Below are positions 49,301-64,000 of a stretch of DNA of 64,000 bases, one piece after another. The notes under the pieces are model-generated. The model worked only from the letters and a program-made list of their open reading frames with translations, was not told where the DNA came from and did not search any database. This stretch comes from Chlorokybus atmophyticus. Lineage: Eukaryota > Plantae > Mesostigma and Chlorokybus algae. The position numbers were made by a program, and so were the translations under genes. The stretch is taken from the NCBI GenBank assembly GCA_009103225.1, contig RHPI01002264.1, positions 111,644-175,643 of the forward strand. Direction: 5' to 3'. The stretch's first letter is position 1; each line of letters begins with the position of its first letter.

Positions 49301-51460
49301 TTCCATATTGGCTACCGTTACAAAAATCTGTCAAAGGTCATGTGGTTGGCCCTATGCACATTTTTGCCAACCTGGCAACCAACTTTGCAAATCTCCTAGC
49401 TGGCTTGCGCGACAGCATCGAATCACGAGAAGATCTGCAGCAGCAAGGCCGCATGCCTGAACTCTGGCTAGAGGTACGTATGTAGTCGGCCTCGTTGACA
49501 TGTGCCATAGTTGGATTTAACCAAGGACTTGAACCTATGTGCTGCAGACAGATGAAGATGAAGGATGGAAAGGAAGTCGCAGTCAAGGTAAAACCCCAGG
49601 CTCCATGGACAATCACAGATGTAGGACTGGTTGAGCAATTGCTCTCCGGCGTGAGGGTTTCAAGCACTTTCGGCTCGAAACTGCGGTCTTTCACAAAGCA
49701 TTTAGGTGAGATAGCCGTTATATGTTTTGTGTTTACGCTAAAGCAATCATTCTCCATGCATGGACAACTTTTGACATGGAGCATGCAGGCTCGATGAAAT
49801 CGCACGACAAGCACAACTTATGGTCGGTTGTTTTTCAGTACGTGCTGCGCTCTGCACACGACATTGGAGAAGGTTAGAAGAGAACCATCTTCAAACTATG
49901 CGACATCTATCAGCGGCTGACTGCATTGGAAGTAAAGCAGTCACACCTTGAAGAATTGAAGGTTGGCTTTAATAACACTTTACTCTGCATGTCCAGCTCC
50001 TATGGCATGCGTAGCTTATTACTTAGTGCAGGTGCTGGTGCATGAGGCACAGTCTGAAGTGGAGCTGTTCTTCCCGCGAACTTCTCTCACAATGATGCTG
50101 CACCTCCTTGGCCATCTACCAGAGCAGTGCATGTGGCTTGGTCCGACGCGTGACCACTGGGAGTGGGCACATGAACGCTTTATGCAGTGGGTGAAGCGCA
50201 TGATATTTGCAAGGCAGCATGTGGAAGCAAGCATCTGCAAAAGGCAAGTTTTGTGTGAGCCCACTGAGAGTTACGTGCAAACTTTCCACATTGTTTGCCT
50301 TGTTCAAGTGCCAGTTGCATCTGCAGATACTCTATCCAGCTCATGCTGAACACTTACATGGACACCTTGAAGCGACTTTTCTCCGACATCAGTTTGCGAT
50401 CGGGCAAGCAACGAGATGATGACGACTATGTGCTCTGCGGACGGAGACACCGTATTGAGGTTGGGGATAAAGATAGTAAGACAAGGCAGGAGCTCGAGTG
50501 GTGGTTGGCTGAGAATGACAATGAATACAGGCTGTTAAAAGAGTAAGTTGCTTTGGGAGTTGCTGTTTTGTACGTGATGTCCAACGCACAGACAGTATGA
50601 TTTATTTATGGGTTGCTGCTACACAGAGAGTTCAGTCGGGAGGTGAAACAAACGCAGGATGGCAAGGGAAAGGGCTCAAAAACAAGGACATGTCGTGGCA
50701 AAGGACATGGAGCATATGACTGAGCTGCATCACTGGCGTGGACCTGCTAGGGAGCTTACAAAGCACGAGATGGAGCTGTTGAGCGGTCCAATCTTTCCAA
50801 AGTACATCAAGCGATACTTCAGAGCACGCTACAAGGACATCGGTCAGTTCAGAGCAGAGGAAATGGAGAAGAAACTCCGCACCATGGACTGTGGCGTGTT
50901 TACCGTTGGGCGTGACTCAGATGACCCAACCAAGAAGATCCATTGGTATGGCAGGGTGCAATCTTTTGATGTTGTGGTGATAGCTGGTCGGGAGCACCAG
51001 CTGCTCAGAGCTAGGTGGTAAGACAAGCCCCGCTTTGCAGAACAAACCTACCTTGATTGCAACCTGGTAAGTGGCTGTGTTGCAATCGTTTTGGCGTGTG
51101 CTTGGTGTGATGATAGTAAATTGAAATAGTAGTATGAAAATGGCTGATGAATATCCCTTCTTGCTGGCAGGTCAAGGGCCAGTGGTTTGAGGGAATTGAT
51201 CCCCATGACAACAAAGTAACAGTAGCGCTTGTTAAAGACAGGCGCAGTCTCATGCGTCGAGGCATGCACCGGGACACTCCGGTAAGAGGAGAGTTAACAA
51301 CGTTGTCCATTAGAATCTGGATGTCCTCATATATCCTGGGTTTTGGCATCACATACAACCATCTTGTGTACTTGGTGCAGGGTGCCCAAAGCGAAACCAA
51401 TAGCGCCTCGAGCGAGGTGTCATGGACCACACGCCGCGACTGGCATTTTGAGTACAAGAG
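46322..51460 (+). pseudogene. CACTA TnpD transposase (transposase-associated Zn domain, Tnp2/Transposase_21, DUF4218, DUF4216-like); multi-exon and inactivated
   Basis: CFCRDCKGSK...HIRRAEYHENFG; YDACRCDHMLY; EPRNVRLAMFINGMSPF; VLNLP...VIPGPKQPENLQAYLKPIIDQLGDLWEG; HDYPG; YQGHRRYLPDDHPYR; PMH; MKSHDKH; MMLHLLGHLPEQCMWLGP...WAHERFMQWVK; RTMDCGV...WYGRV; TAA at 48964-48966 and a frameshift near 50670. Confidence 0.92.
47975..48155 (+). repeat. About 60-bp tandem repeat (3 copies) in a transposase intron
   Basis: gctgaggcggcatgtaagacctcggtgtccttgcctgtgtttgtttgtgtgtcggc repeated. Confidence 0.85.
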
Positions 51461-51536
51461 GTACTGTTTGCGATTGTGATGCCTCATATCCCTACTGTGA
51501 GACTGTAGACCTGGACACTGAACCTTTGTTCACAGG

Positions 51537-53418
51537 ATGAGACCGAGACTGGAGCTGGATGCGTTGGAACATTGGGAAAACAACATGAAGACTACTGCTT
51601 TGTCTGCAAGGATGGGGGCACCATATCTGGTTGCGATGTGGAAGGTTGCTGGAAAAGCTACCACGCGCACTGTGTCTCTATGCCACCTGTGGAGGATGAA
51701 TATTGGGAGTGCCCAAGGCATGAGTAAGTGGACTTCATTGCAGCAAATGCTTGGCATCTTGTTGTGAGGAACTTCACTCCTAGAACCATCATCAATTGTA
51801 CTGAACCAAAACACAGGTGCCATGTGAAGAACTGCAACGAAGCAGCTTTTCAAGTCTGCGCAACGTGTCCAAACAGCCTCTGTCGACGGCACGCTGTGGG
51901 TAGCATGGTTGAGGTTACGTGCTCGCGATGCGCTGCGTACGAAGAAGGTGGTGCTCCAGCGCAGCTCCCAAGGGAGAGCCTTGCTCGTCGTTCTCTGCCG
52001 GGCAGTTGCGGTAGGGTTTCACAACCTGTGCAGAGTGGGGTTCAACACGTTGAAGAGAGTGGGGATGAGGCTAACAATGGTAAGCTGCTGTGTGCTTGAG
52101 CTTGTTGATTTGCGTTGTGGTTCTTGCCCAATTGAACCATTTATGGCTGCAGAGGCAGTCACGATGGAAGTTGACGATGAAGACGAAGAGGGCTGTAATC
52201 AGCAACCCACGACGGCTGCGGCAGTTGTGGACCTCGTGGGCAGCGATGATGATATCATGGTGCTGGACGATCCAGTCAGCAACCCGCAGCCGTCAACACC
52301 GCAGCCACTGTTCATTTACCCTAGTGCAAGTGCACGTGATGCGGTGCCAGTGCTTGAAACGGACAGGAGGTTGCTGGATGGCAGACAAGAGCTCAATGAC
52401 ACCATCCTCCACTTCTTTTGCAGGTATGTGATTTGTTGCGTCTGTGTTATTCGTGTATCTCATATGTACGTGGGATGCACATGCAGATACAAGGAAGAGG
52501 AAATCTTAGGCAGAGCAGATGGCATTCAGGTGAAGCTGTTCCACCCGCATTTCTACACCAAGATCGTGCGCTGCCATATACAAAATGTTTGGCACACGAG
52601 CAATCACAGGATAGACAGGTGGGAGAGTGATCCGTTTGCCAAGGACTTGCTGGGAGTGATTGTCAACCCAGACACGCGGTGAGAATAAGCGCCAAGAATA
52701 TCTTGCTGAATTGCTGCTGTATTTGCAAACTGGAATTATTTTGATTGTGTACACAGGACTCACTGGAGTCTGCTGCTTGTGTGCAATCCTGGAGGCCAAC
52801 GTGGAAGTGACACGCCGCCTTTACTCGTTCATCTCGACTCCCTTGGCCTGCATCGCAACGTTGATGGACCTACGCGCGCTTACCTTGACTACATGTGGGG
52901 CAGAAAGCATGGAAGTGACTCACAACAACGCTTCTCTCCCGAAAACGTACAGCTTCTTGTACCACAGGTAGCACACGTTGCATTGCACTAGTGATGAGTT
53001 TGCATGCATTCTGTCACAAGCACTGATTGGATGCATGCACATGCATTTGGTTTGCAAGCATTGACACATGTTTGTGCAGGTCCCTCAGCAGAAGGATGGA
53101 GTTGCGTGCGGGTTGTTTGTCATGCTTTATCTTGACAAGTTTATAGATGGGGTACAAGCTGGTCCAATTGACCCAAACGCACGGATATTTCAACAGGTAC
53201 AGTTCATGCATGTGCACTGCAATGTTTACAAGTGGAAGGTGCTTCAATGGCACTGTCGCGTAGGCCGACACGTGCTTAGTAACCACATGTTATTGCTGTG
53301 TGGTTGTGTGCAGATGCAAAGGAGTTGGTTTCATCTCCAAGTGGCAGACAGGTTGAGAAGACGATTGCGAACATTCATGGACAGTATGTTAGCACAGCAA
53401 AGACATGAGTTGAGCTAG
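51537..53418 (+). CDS. PHD finger, C5HCH-like Cys-rich module and Ulp1/SENP (peptidase C48) SUMO protease; 7 exons; possibly spliced to the transposase transcript
   Basis: HEDYCFVCKDGGTISGCDVEGCWKSYHAHC...WECPRH; CHVKNCNEAAFQVCATCPNSLCRRH; LNDTILHFF, LFHPHFYTKI, THWSLLLVCNPG (His 52761), HLDSLG, QQKDGVACG (Cys 53107); GT-AG introns. Confidence 0.85.
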
Positions 53419-53569
53419 TAGTAGCAGGTGGTGTGTAGCATAGCAATGCTGTAGTCCATATCAGAGCTGTCCCCCACCATCAACTCAAACCAGCTGTGTA
53501 GAATTGCTGAGCAACTCTGGCTTTGACATATACTAGACTGTATATCAGAATTAGCAGTGCAATCTACTT

Positions 53570-54180
53570 GGTTTTCAATCACATTCGAGACTTGGCCAGA
53601 ATGAGAGTATATGTTTATTCGTGTGGGGTTGAATATTCACTCACCGCTAGGAGTTAGTGCAAAACGTCTTGCTTGGTTTTGGAATGGTGTTGAAAATTTA
53701 CTCAAAGCTAGGACTTAGTGTGAATTGTATTGCGTAGTTTCAGATTGGTGTTGAATGTTCACTCACATCTGTGGCATGAAACTGATGAAGGTTATGAATA
53801 TACATGTGTGACAAGCTGATCAACTGATTATTCACGGGCAGTTGGGACTTGGTGAGTTTAAGCTGTCTGTTATAGCCACAAGTCTATGCCCCTTCATGAA
53901 TGTTCAGGCAATGTATAGCTGAATATTTAGCAGAGCACATGCTGTGTCCATTCACAACTGCATGCCCTTGAACATTCAATCGATTTCAACTGAATATACG
54001 AGGTATATGGGTTTTAAAAGGTGGCATTGATTTATCGTGTGGATATTCACGCGATTTGTAGGTGAATGTCGCGATTTCGTTTTGGCAGGGATTGCACAGA
54101 ATGTACGAAAACACTTGAATATTCACTCGATAAAAAGCTGAAACGGTAAATCAAACGAATATTCAGTGCGTTTGCCGTGA
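53570..54180. repeat. Right subterminal array of TGAATATTCA-like semi-palindromes
   Basis: gttgaatattcactc, gttgaatgttcactc, catgaatgttcagg, cttgaatattcactc, cgaatattcagtg. Confidence 0.8.
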
Positions 54181-54819
54181 AATCTCATAAAGTCGGGGGT
54201 CTCATAATTACCGGTGATGTGGATTCTATGCCCTGACTGATGCCATCAGACACACTGCAACCAGGCACATTAAGCTCACAGCGATGACAAGCACGATGCA
54301 CACACGAGCATGCACAGGCTCTCACACCGTGAGGCGGTTCTTGGTAACCGGGATGGCGTGTTCGCAATTCAAGTCGTTTCAGAAGCTCTTAGCTTTCTCA
54401 CTCGCAGTGTCACCAGCTGATCCGGTGAACCCTGTGACTACTTATACAAGTCAAGTCTTGATTGTTAAGAACATAAGCTAATGGTCATACTGAGGCTATT
54501 TCCACAGCGATTGTCACTCGATATAGAACACAACTTATAACTGAACTCACAGCTGAACAGCTACGCGCCGTGCCCATGTAGGCTATGGTCGTGAGCTACT
54601 ATAAAGTCATGGCCTAGCTACTGGTCCGTGACGCGCGCGCGCTGGTATGCTGGTAGGTCGGGCGATGGTTTTGATGTAGCCATGCTCGATGAAGGCTGGT
54701 ATGCGTGGGCAAATAGGCATGACAGATGACTGCCGCATCAACGGTCCCCGACACAGTCGGTAAAAGCTGAGTTCTGGAGCAGAAGGCTACCCCAAAACTT
54801 CAAGGGGGGTGGCTCGTTG

Positions 54820-55920
54820 ACTGTGTGTACTACAGTACAGTAGGTACAGTAAGGAGGAGAGCGTCACCAGCTCTACTACTGATCATATTCTCACATAGGT
54901 TGATCCCCGAGCCTATGCCTATGTCTTGGGGGTTGTCTTTGTTTGTGTTGCTTTAATGCTGCGCCAGCATGCCCACGGCATGAGCGCTCATCTGCAGTGT
55001 GCCTGAGACGGCGTGACCCTCGTCCATGGCAAGCACGACAGCTGTCATGCCAACTACCCTCGCATGCCAGTCCTCCTCGAGTATGCCTACATCCAGCCCT
55101 AAGTCCGGGCTACCACCATAAAGACCGCGCGCGCCCCAGCCTACTGCTAGCTACTTCGTACTCTAAGTAGCATGTAGCTAGGGCTACTCTACAGACCTCT
55201 CTGTAGGAACAGCGCGTAGCTGATCAGTTACGAATCCATTATCAGCTGATGTGCTATATCGAGTCTTAGATCATTTTCGTAGTAGCATACGGCCTCGATG
55301 TGATCGTTGGCCAAGTGCCCGTATGGTACTGCACAGTCATGGTTTTACATGCATAAGCAGGAAGTCATGTCACTAGACTCGCTAATGACAGCGTGAGTCA
55401 GCACTAAGAGTAGAGACTCTGACTTTAATAGCTTTAATAGCTTGTGTAGCGACTTGAATTGGAAGCACACCGTCCCGGTTGCCAAGGATTGCCTTACCAT
55501 GTGAGACACAGTGTATGTTCTTGCACGCCGTGCTTGTCATTGCTGTGAGCTAGGCGGTGGTGTGTTTGCTGCATGAGTCAGGACATAGCATCTCCGAGTT
55601 GCTTGTTCATTCACCTCATTTAACAGTAAAATACATCCACTCATGCAAAGAATTGTGTATACAGCACCACCTATTGTAGTGGCTTGTTGACTATGTGTAC
55701 TACAGCATAGTAGGTATAGTAAGGAGGAGAGCGTCACCAGCTCTACTACTGATCAGATCCTCACAGAGGTTCATCCCCAAGCCTATGCCTATGTTTGAGG
55801 GGTTGTCTTTGTTTGTGTTGCTCTAATGCTGCGCGCAGCACCAGCATGCCCATGGCACGAGCGCTCGTCGACAGTGTGCCCGAGACGGCCTGACCCTCGA
55901 CCATGGCAGGCATGACAGTG
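54820..55920 (+). repeat. About 230-bp direct repeat pair (54820-55050 and 55690-55920)
   Basis: gtgtactacag...gtaaggaggagagcgtcaccagctctactactgatca...gcctatgcctatgt occurs twice. Confidence 0.85.
55430..55740 (-). repeat. Inverted, uninterrupted paralogue of the sequence flanking the CACTA insertion (31870-31997 plus 54217-54400)
   Basis: Reverse complement reads gaggtgaatgaacaagcaac-tcggagatg-ctatgtcctgactcatgc versus the joined flanks gaggtgaatgagcaagcaac-atgtggatt-ctatgccctgactgatgc. Confidence 0.85.
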
Positions 55921-56110
55921 CTAACACGCAAAAAAGACATCCGTTTATACGTGGCGTGGAGCTGAAACGTGCCACAAATAATCGCGCGATTTATATGCTG
56001 TAAGTGAATGCGTAGTAGCGGGTGAACAAGTGAATGTGTGTATTATAATTAAGAGATTGCACTCACATATATAATGCGTATGCTAGCATGTATATCACAC
56101 CCATACGCAG

Positions 56111-56112
<2 letters not shown>

Positions 56113-56165
<53 letters not shown>

Positions 56166-56197
56166 GGNNNNNNNNNNNNNNNNNNNNNNNNNNNNNN
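56113..56197. repeat. (GA)n microsatellite followed by an N gap (56168-56197)
   Basis: Direct reading. Confidence 0.95.
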
Positions 56198-57574
56198 GGA
56201 GGGATGGCACGCACTCTCATGCATCAACATATAGCGAATACAATAAACCACGATATCTGATACAAGCATGTCGCACATCATAACCTACTGCACATAGCTG
56301 ATCCCACCTGACCGCCACTTTTACCATGCCACACAAAATGTCATTAATGTTAATGTACATAATAATGACACACCGATAAAACAAGGCGGAGTGTGCGTGT
56401 ATATGTTTTTCATTTGCGCAAAAGTGCAAGTTATTTGCAAGAGTACATTACTCTATTCAATCATCGAGTTCACACGAAGCCACATGTTTGTACACACGAT
56501 GTGTACACAGAATAGTATGAATTGCACTGCTATGCATAATGTGTATGCGAACACACGTGTCACACCCACACGCAATGATAGCGAGAGTCGCACTCACACG
56601 TATAAGTACAAACCAACATCCATCAAACATATTGCATATCATGTGCCACCGTACGTACCTGGTCCCACTCAACCCCCACTCCTACCATGCCACACAATGC
56701 CACCATATGCTAATGTAGGTAGCAAAGACACGCATGATTGCAAAAGATGTGTGCGTTTATATGTGTTTCGTGCGCGCAAGTACGCAAGTTGGTGGCATTA
56801 GCATATCTTATGTTACTCCGTTCCATTGATCAATCTGCACGAAACCATCAATCGATTGAGGTCGCGAGCTTCATTTACGGCTTGCTCTCGCGGCTGCAGC
56901 CTTTTGTTACAAGAAATAAGCACCCAACGTGTAAGACCCTGAATAATCAACCGCGCAACTAGAGCGTGTATATAGTACCATGTCATGTTGCTTTCATTAC
57001 GTTCGCGTACTTCTACTGCGTGTCATGTGAAACATGACACGTAGTAGTACGTAACTTGGTACCATACCACTACGTTGCTAGATATTAGAAACGTACATAC
57101 AGGAGTGCGCGCCGCCAAGAAGTGCACGCAACAGCGAGCGACTCGGTCGGTCAGAATCCCATTAGCACGTGTGACCATGACCGGCCTTCCCGTGACATGT
57201 CAAAGCGTCGTCAGGCCGCGTCCCACGCTGTTACCACACAGGATATTAGCCAAGCTCTCGAAGCGTGGGACGCGGCCTTTCAAGTTGCAGCCAGCCAGAC
57301 TTATCTTACTAATCTCGAGCCATCTGCACCTCTCACCAGCCTGATCTCAGTCAAAAGACGCAGCTAAACTCGCGCCGGCTCTGTCAACCTTCCCCCAAGA
57401 CACACGACCGTCGAATCAGGTCTGCGTTCTCACATGCCAGAGGGGGAAGAGGTTGTGTATGTTGGAGTCTTGCAGCTACTGACAACAGAACAGCCAGCTG
57501 TCGGAGCGCTTGTGTTGGAAATCACCAGCAGAAGGGAGCAGCACAGTAGCGCGTTGGCTTGTTACAGTGCTAGC

Positions 57575-61374
<3,800 letters not shown>

Positions 61375-61439
61375 CTCTCCCTATAGGTCATACCAAGTCA
61401 TAAACCTATATGTTAATTGCAATGTGACACCTGCTCACG

Positions 61440-61690
61440 TCGCAAAGCAATACCATGTCAATAACAACAAGTCACGTTGCTTGGTAGTAATAATGTGACG
61501 ATCTGAAGTGACAAGCGTCAAGTAGTACTCATCTACTATCATACCTCTGACATTTGCTCGCGTCACAAAGCAACCATACCATGTCAACAACAACAAGTCA
61601 CCGTTCATTTGGCTCAATAGTAATAATGTGACGATCTGAAGTGCCTGACAAGCACAAGCACAAGCACTCATCTACTAACATACCTCTGAA
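61440..61690 (+). repeat. About 130-bp direct repeat pair
   Basis: ccatgtcaa(t/c)aacaacaagtcac...gtaataatgtgacgatctgaagtg...actcatctacta.catacctctga occurs twice. Confidence 0.8.
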
Positions 61691-63319
61691 GTGCTTTCTT
61701 TGTGCAACCAGACACGCGCTCACACACAAATCCACGCTTGAATTTGCAATAAATAGCTCTACATCACCAATATCTTCAGCGGTGTGTTAAAGACCGATGC
61801 CACTGATTGTAGGTCGCTCCATTTCCGGGGGCTTGCCATGTGCTTGTGGCAACGCACTGGCTGATGGCGCGGCATTGTGCGTAAGTTGCTCGTACAACCG
61901 CTGATGCTCCGCCACATCCACATCTCCTACTTGCAAACAATCTCATCGTCAAGGTCACTATGTCCTGTTGATACAACCATGGGATGGTCATGCCATCCGC
62001 CGCGCCCAACTTCTGAGCACCGCTAACATTCACCGAGTCAACAGCAACAGGTGTATGATGACTGACTGCCACAATCAATTTGTATAAGCGCTTAATGCCA
62101 TTGCTACCAAACGAGGGCTTATTTGCTTCTTTGCTGAAAAGGGCTGTGCATGTCAGAAGGAAGCTCCAGCGTCTTTGCAGCGGGACTTATTGAAACACTT
62201 GTGTTGGTTGCTTGGCCCTACAAACGGCATGCTTAACTAACAGGATGTGCACACATAGACGAGCACACACAGAAGGGCCACTAGAAATATATACCCAAAA
62301 GGTCGACAACAAAGTCCTATCGAGTGGGTGTAAAGACCCTACATGTGCCCTTTACCCTACCACTGCCACCCCCGCCTTCCTCACGCATGCGTGTAACGTA
62401 CATGAGTACACGAAGTGCCCTTTGGTAGGGCCTTTATGTAGAATCTACCCTCGTTATAAGACTTCGGTTTAGAGAATAACCGCGTTAAGATTATACATTT
62501 ACAATAGACCAATTGTTTTACAGGCAAATATCATTGGTTAATGGATAGTCTTGTACGTTCTAAGAATAAGAAAGAAAGGGCGAGACATTTTGAGTGGGCT
62601 TAGTCTTGTAACAAGGGAATACCTGATTAACAGCATGAATATCATATTGATGTTAACATAGACATGTCTTGAAACAATAAAAGTCACTCACGATATGATA
62701 TATTATAAAGAGTATATGATTTCCTTATGTGCCACGTCATCATATGACGACTTGGCTCGAGGTTATTAGTCGATGCCCATAATAATAAAAAAAACGTTCT
62801 TTAAAAGGTAAAGGAGTATATATTCTTGTAAGCATAAAGAGAATAACCTCGTTGGTGGAATAGAAAGTTGAAGGATAAACGTAACTCTTATAACGTGGGT
62901 AAACTGTACCGCCTAGGTGTATCTATACAATGCACGTGCGGTATGCAATGCGTTGTGCTTGACGTGCAGCATCGACGAGGAGAAAGACTTAGTCAAGAAC
63001 GGGTTGCCATAGACAAAAACTTGCTGCAGCATTGAGCTTGTCAGCACATGTGACATAGGTTGCATGTGTAAGCTTACTTCGCAATGAAGCTTGAAGATTT
63101 TATTGAGTGACAAAAGGTTAGAACAAATTTCGCCATCACATTGAGCACCAGTTTTGGACCAATGAAACAGTGTGTATAGGTGTGCGGGTTGCCCTCCGAC
63201 TTGTTAAAGCTGTTGCTTATATTGTACTTAAGGAAGAGCCTTTTACGTTGAGGACATACATGTACCGCACGTGCGTTGTACGTTCGGTGCATTGTATAGT
63301 ACAGCCTTTGCGTAGGCTG

Positions 63320-63520
63320 CACTTGCAGGTACATGAGGAAGGGCTCAACGTGGCCTTTGCGTGGCGGTGGTGGTAGTACACCATATAGGTAAAGGTACAA
63401 TTCTACATGCTGCGCATTTGTAAACTGGGCATCAATTGATTGCCATGATAAAGGCGTGGGCGAGGCTGCCGTGAAGCGCAACCTTTTTGACAATGATGGC
63501 GGTGGTGTCATCGCGCATGC
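63320..63520 (-). CDS. Possible exon of an unidentified gene
   Basis: GC-richer open stretch TPPPSLSKRLRFTAASPTP...GHVEPFLMYLQ followed by cag|gtgca; no family recognised. Confidence 0.25.
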
Positions 63521-64000
63521 CCGTGCCGACGTTAGCGGCCTGCAATGGCAGCCAGAACAGCCCTTACATGGGCTTCTTTGTCGCTCTGATGAAATATGAC
63601 CACAATGTGTGTGCGTGTCTGTGTGTTATTATCACTGTATGTTGTATGGCGCTGCATTGCATGCATGTTGCTACTGCTTCAGGGTAACATGTATTGTACA
63701 GCAGGATTGACATACACATTTGTACATCAACGCATTAAGTGTAACGTGTTCAACTCTTGTGCGGTTATTTAGGTGGCTGGTGTGTTGACTATCGTCAACA
63801 ACTGCATATTTTGTGTGAACAGCTTTAGGTACTTGCCTCCCAGTGTGTTCGGGTGCACTGCATCTGCCACACATGCAACCTGTCCATGCAGCATGACACA
63901 ACTTATGCACACAGCGCCACACACAGCTATAGCAATGCCACACGCACATCCCCATGCATGCGCACGCGCACGCGCACATGCACACGCACAAGCACGCCCC

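Larger units (their letters stand above)
31998..54216. mobile_element. CACTA/En-Spm (CMC) DNA transposon, 22.2 kb, with cargo genes
   Basis: Left end CACCGGTAATTCTGGACCCCC at 31998; right end GGGGGTCTCATAATTACCGGTG ending at 54216 (11-bp perfect inverted termini plus an imperfect extension); 3-bp TSD ATG at 31995-31997 and 54217-54219; subterminal motif arrays; Tnp2/DUF4218-type transposase inside. Confidence 0.93.

Noticed and set aside
61776-63113. Short ORFs and an AT-rich block that might be an organellar or viral insertion
   Set aside because: No recognisable protein or RNA motif in any frame

Overview
Eukaryotic, intron-rich genomic DNA with GT-AG introns full of CA/TG microsatellites, most likely from a streptophyte green alga (inferred from an RLK/Pelle receptor kinase and algal-type Ty3/gypsy elements). 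From left to right: (1) a 13-exon secreted protein gene (minus strand, 1049-4618) with a bacterial-looking lectin-like domain plus a PQQ/glucose-sorbosone-dehydrogenase-like beta-propeller; (2) AT-rich repeats and a decayed gene; (3) a nest of three Ty3/gypsy retrotransposons (about 12.9-31.7 kb), including a full-length chromovirus (21193-27394, AGGTC target-site duplication) inserted into the protease gene of another element; (4) the highlight, a 22.2-kb CACTA/En-Spm DNA transposon (31998-54216; CACCG termini, ATG target-site duplication, subterminal motif arrays). Besides TnpA-like and TnpD transposase genes it carries a set of chromatin and ubiquitin-like-modifier genes: a compact phage/bacterial-type C5 cytosine DNA methyltransferase preceded by spliced Zn-finger and Tudor-like exons, an OTU deubiquitinase-like domain fused to a retrotransposon gag fragment, and a PHD/C5HCH-like plus Ulp1/SENP SUMO-protease gene, apparently arranged as head-to-head gene pairs. 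This copy is decaying (stops, frameshifts, mutated transposase Asp residues); (5) an RLK/Pelle kinase gene (57575-61374) with an unusual bacterial PPC-like ectodomain and a Pro/Tyr-rich stalk. All domain calls come from motif recognition by eye; no database searches were run.
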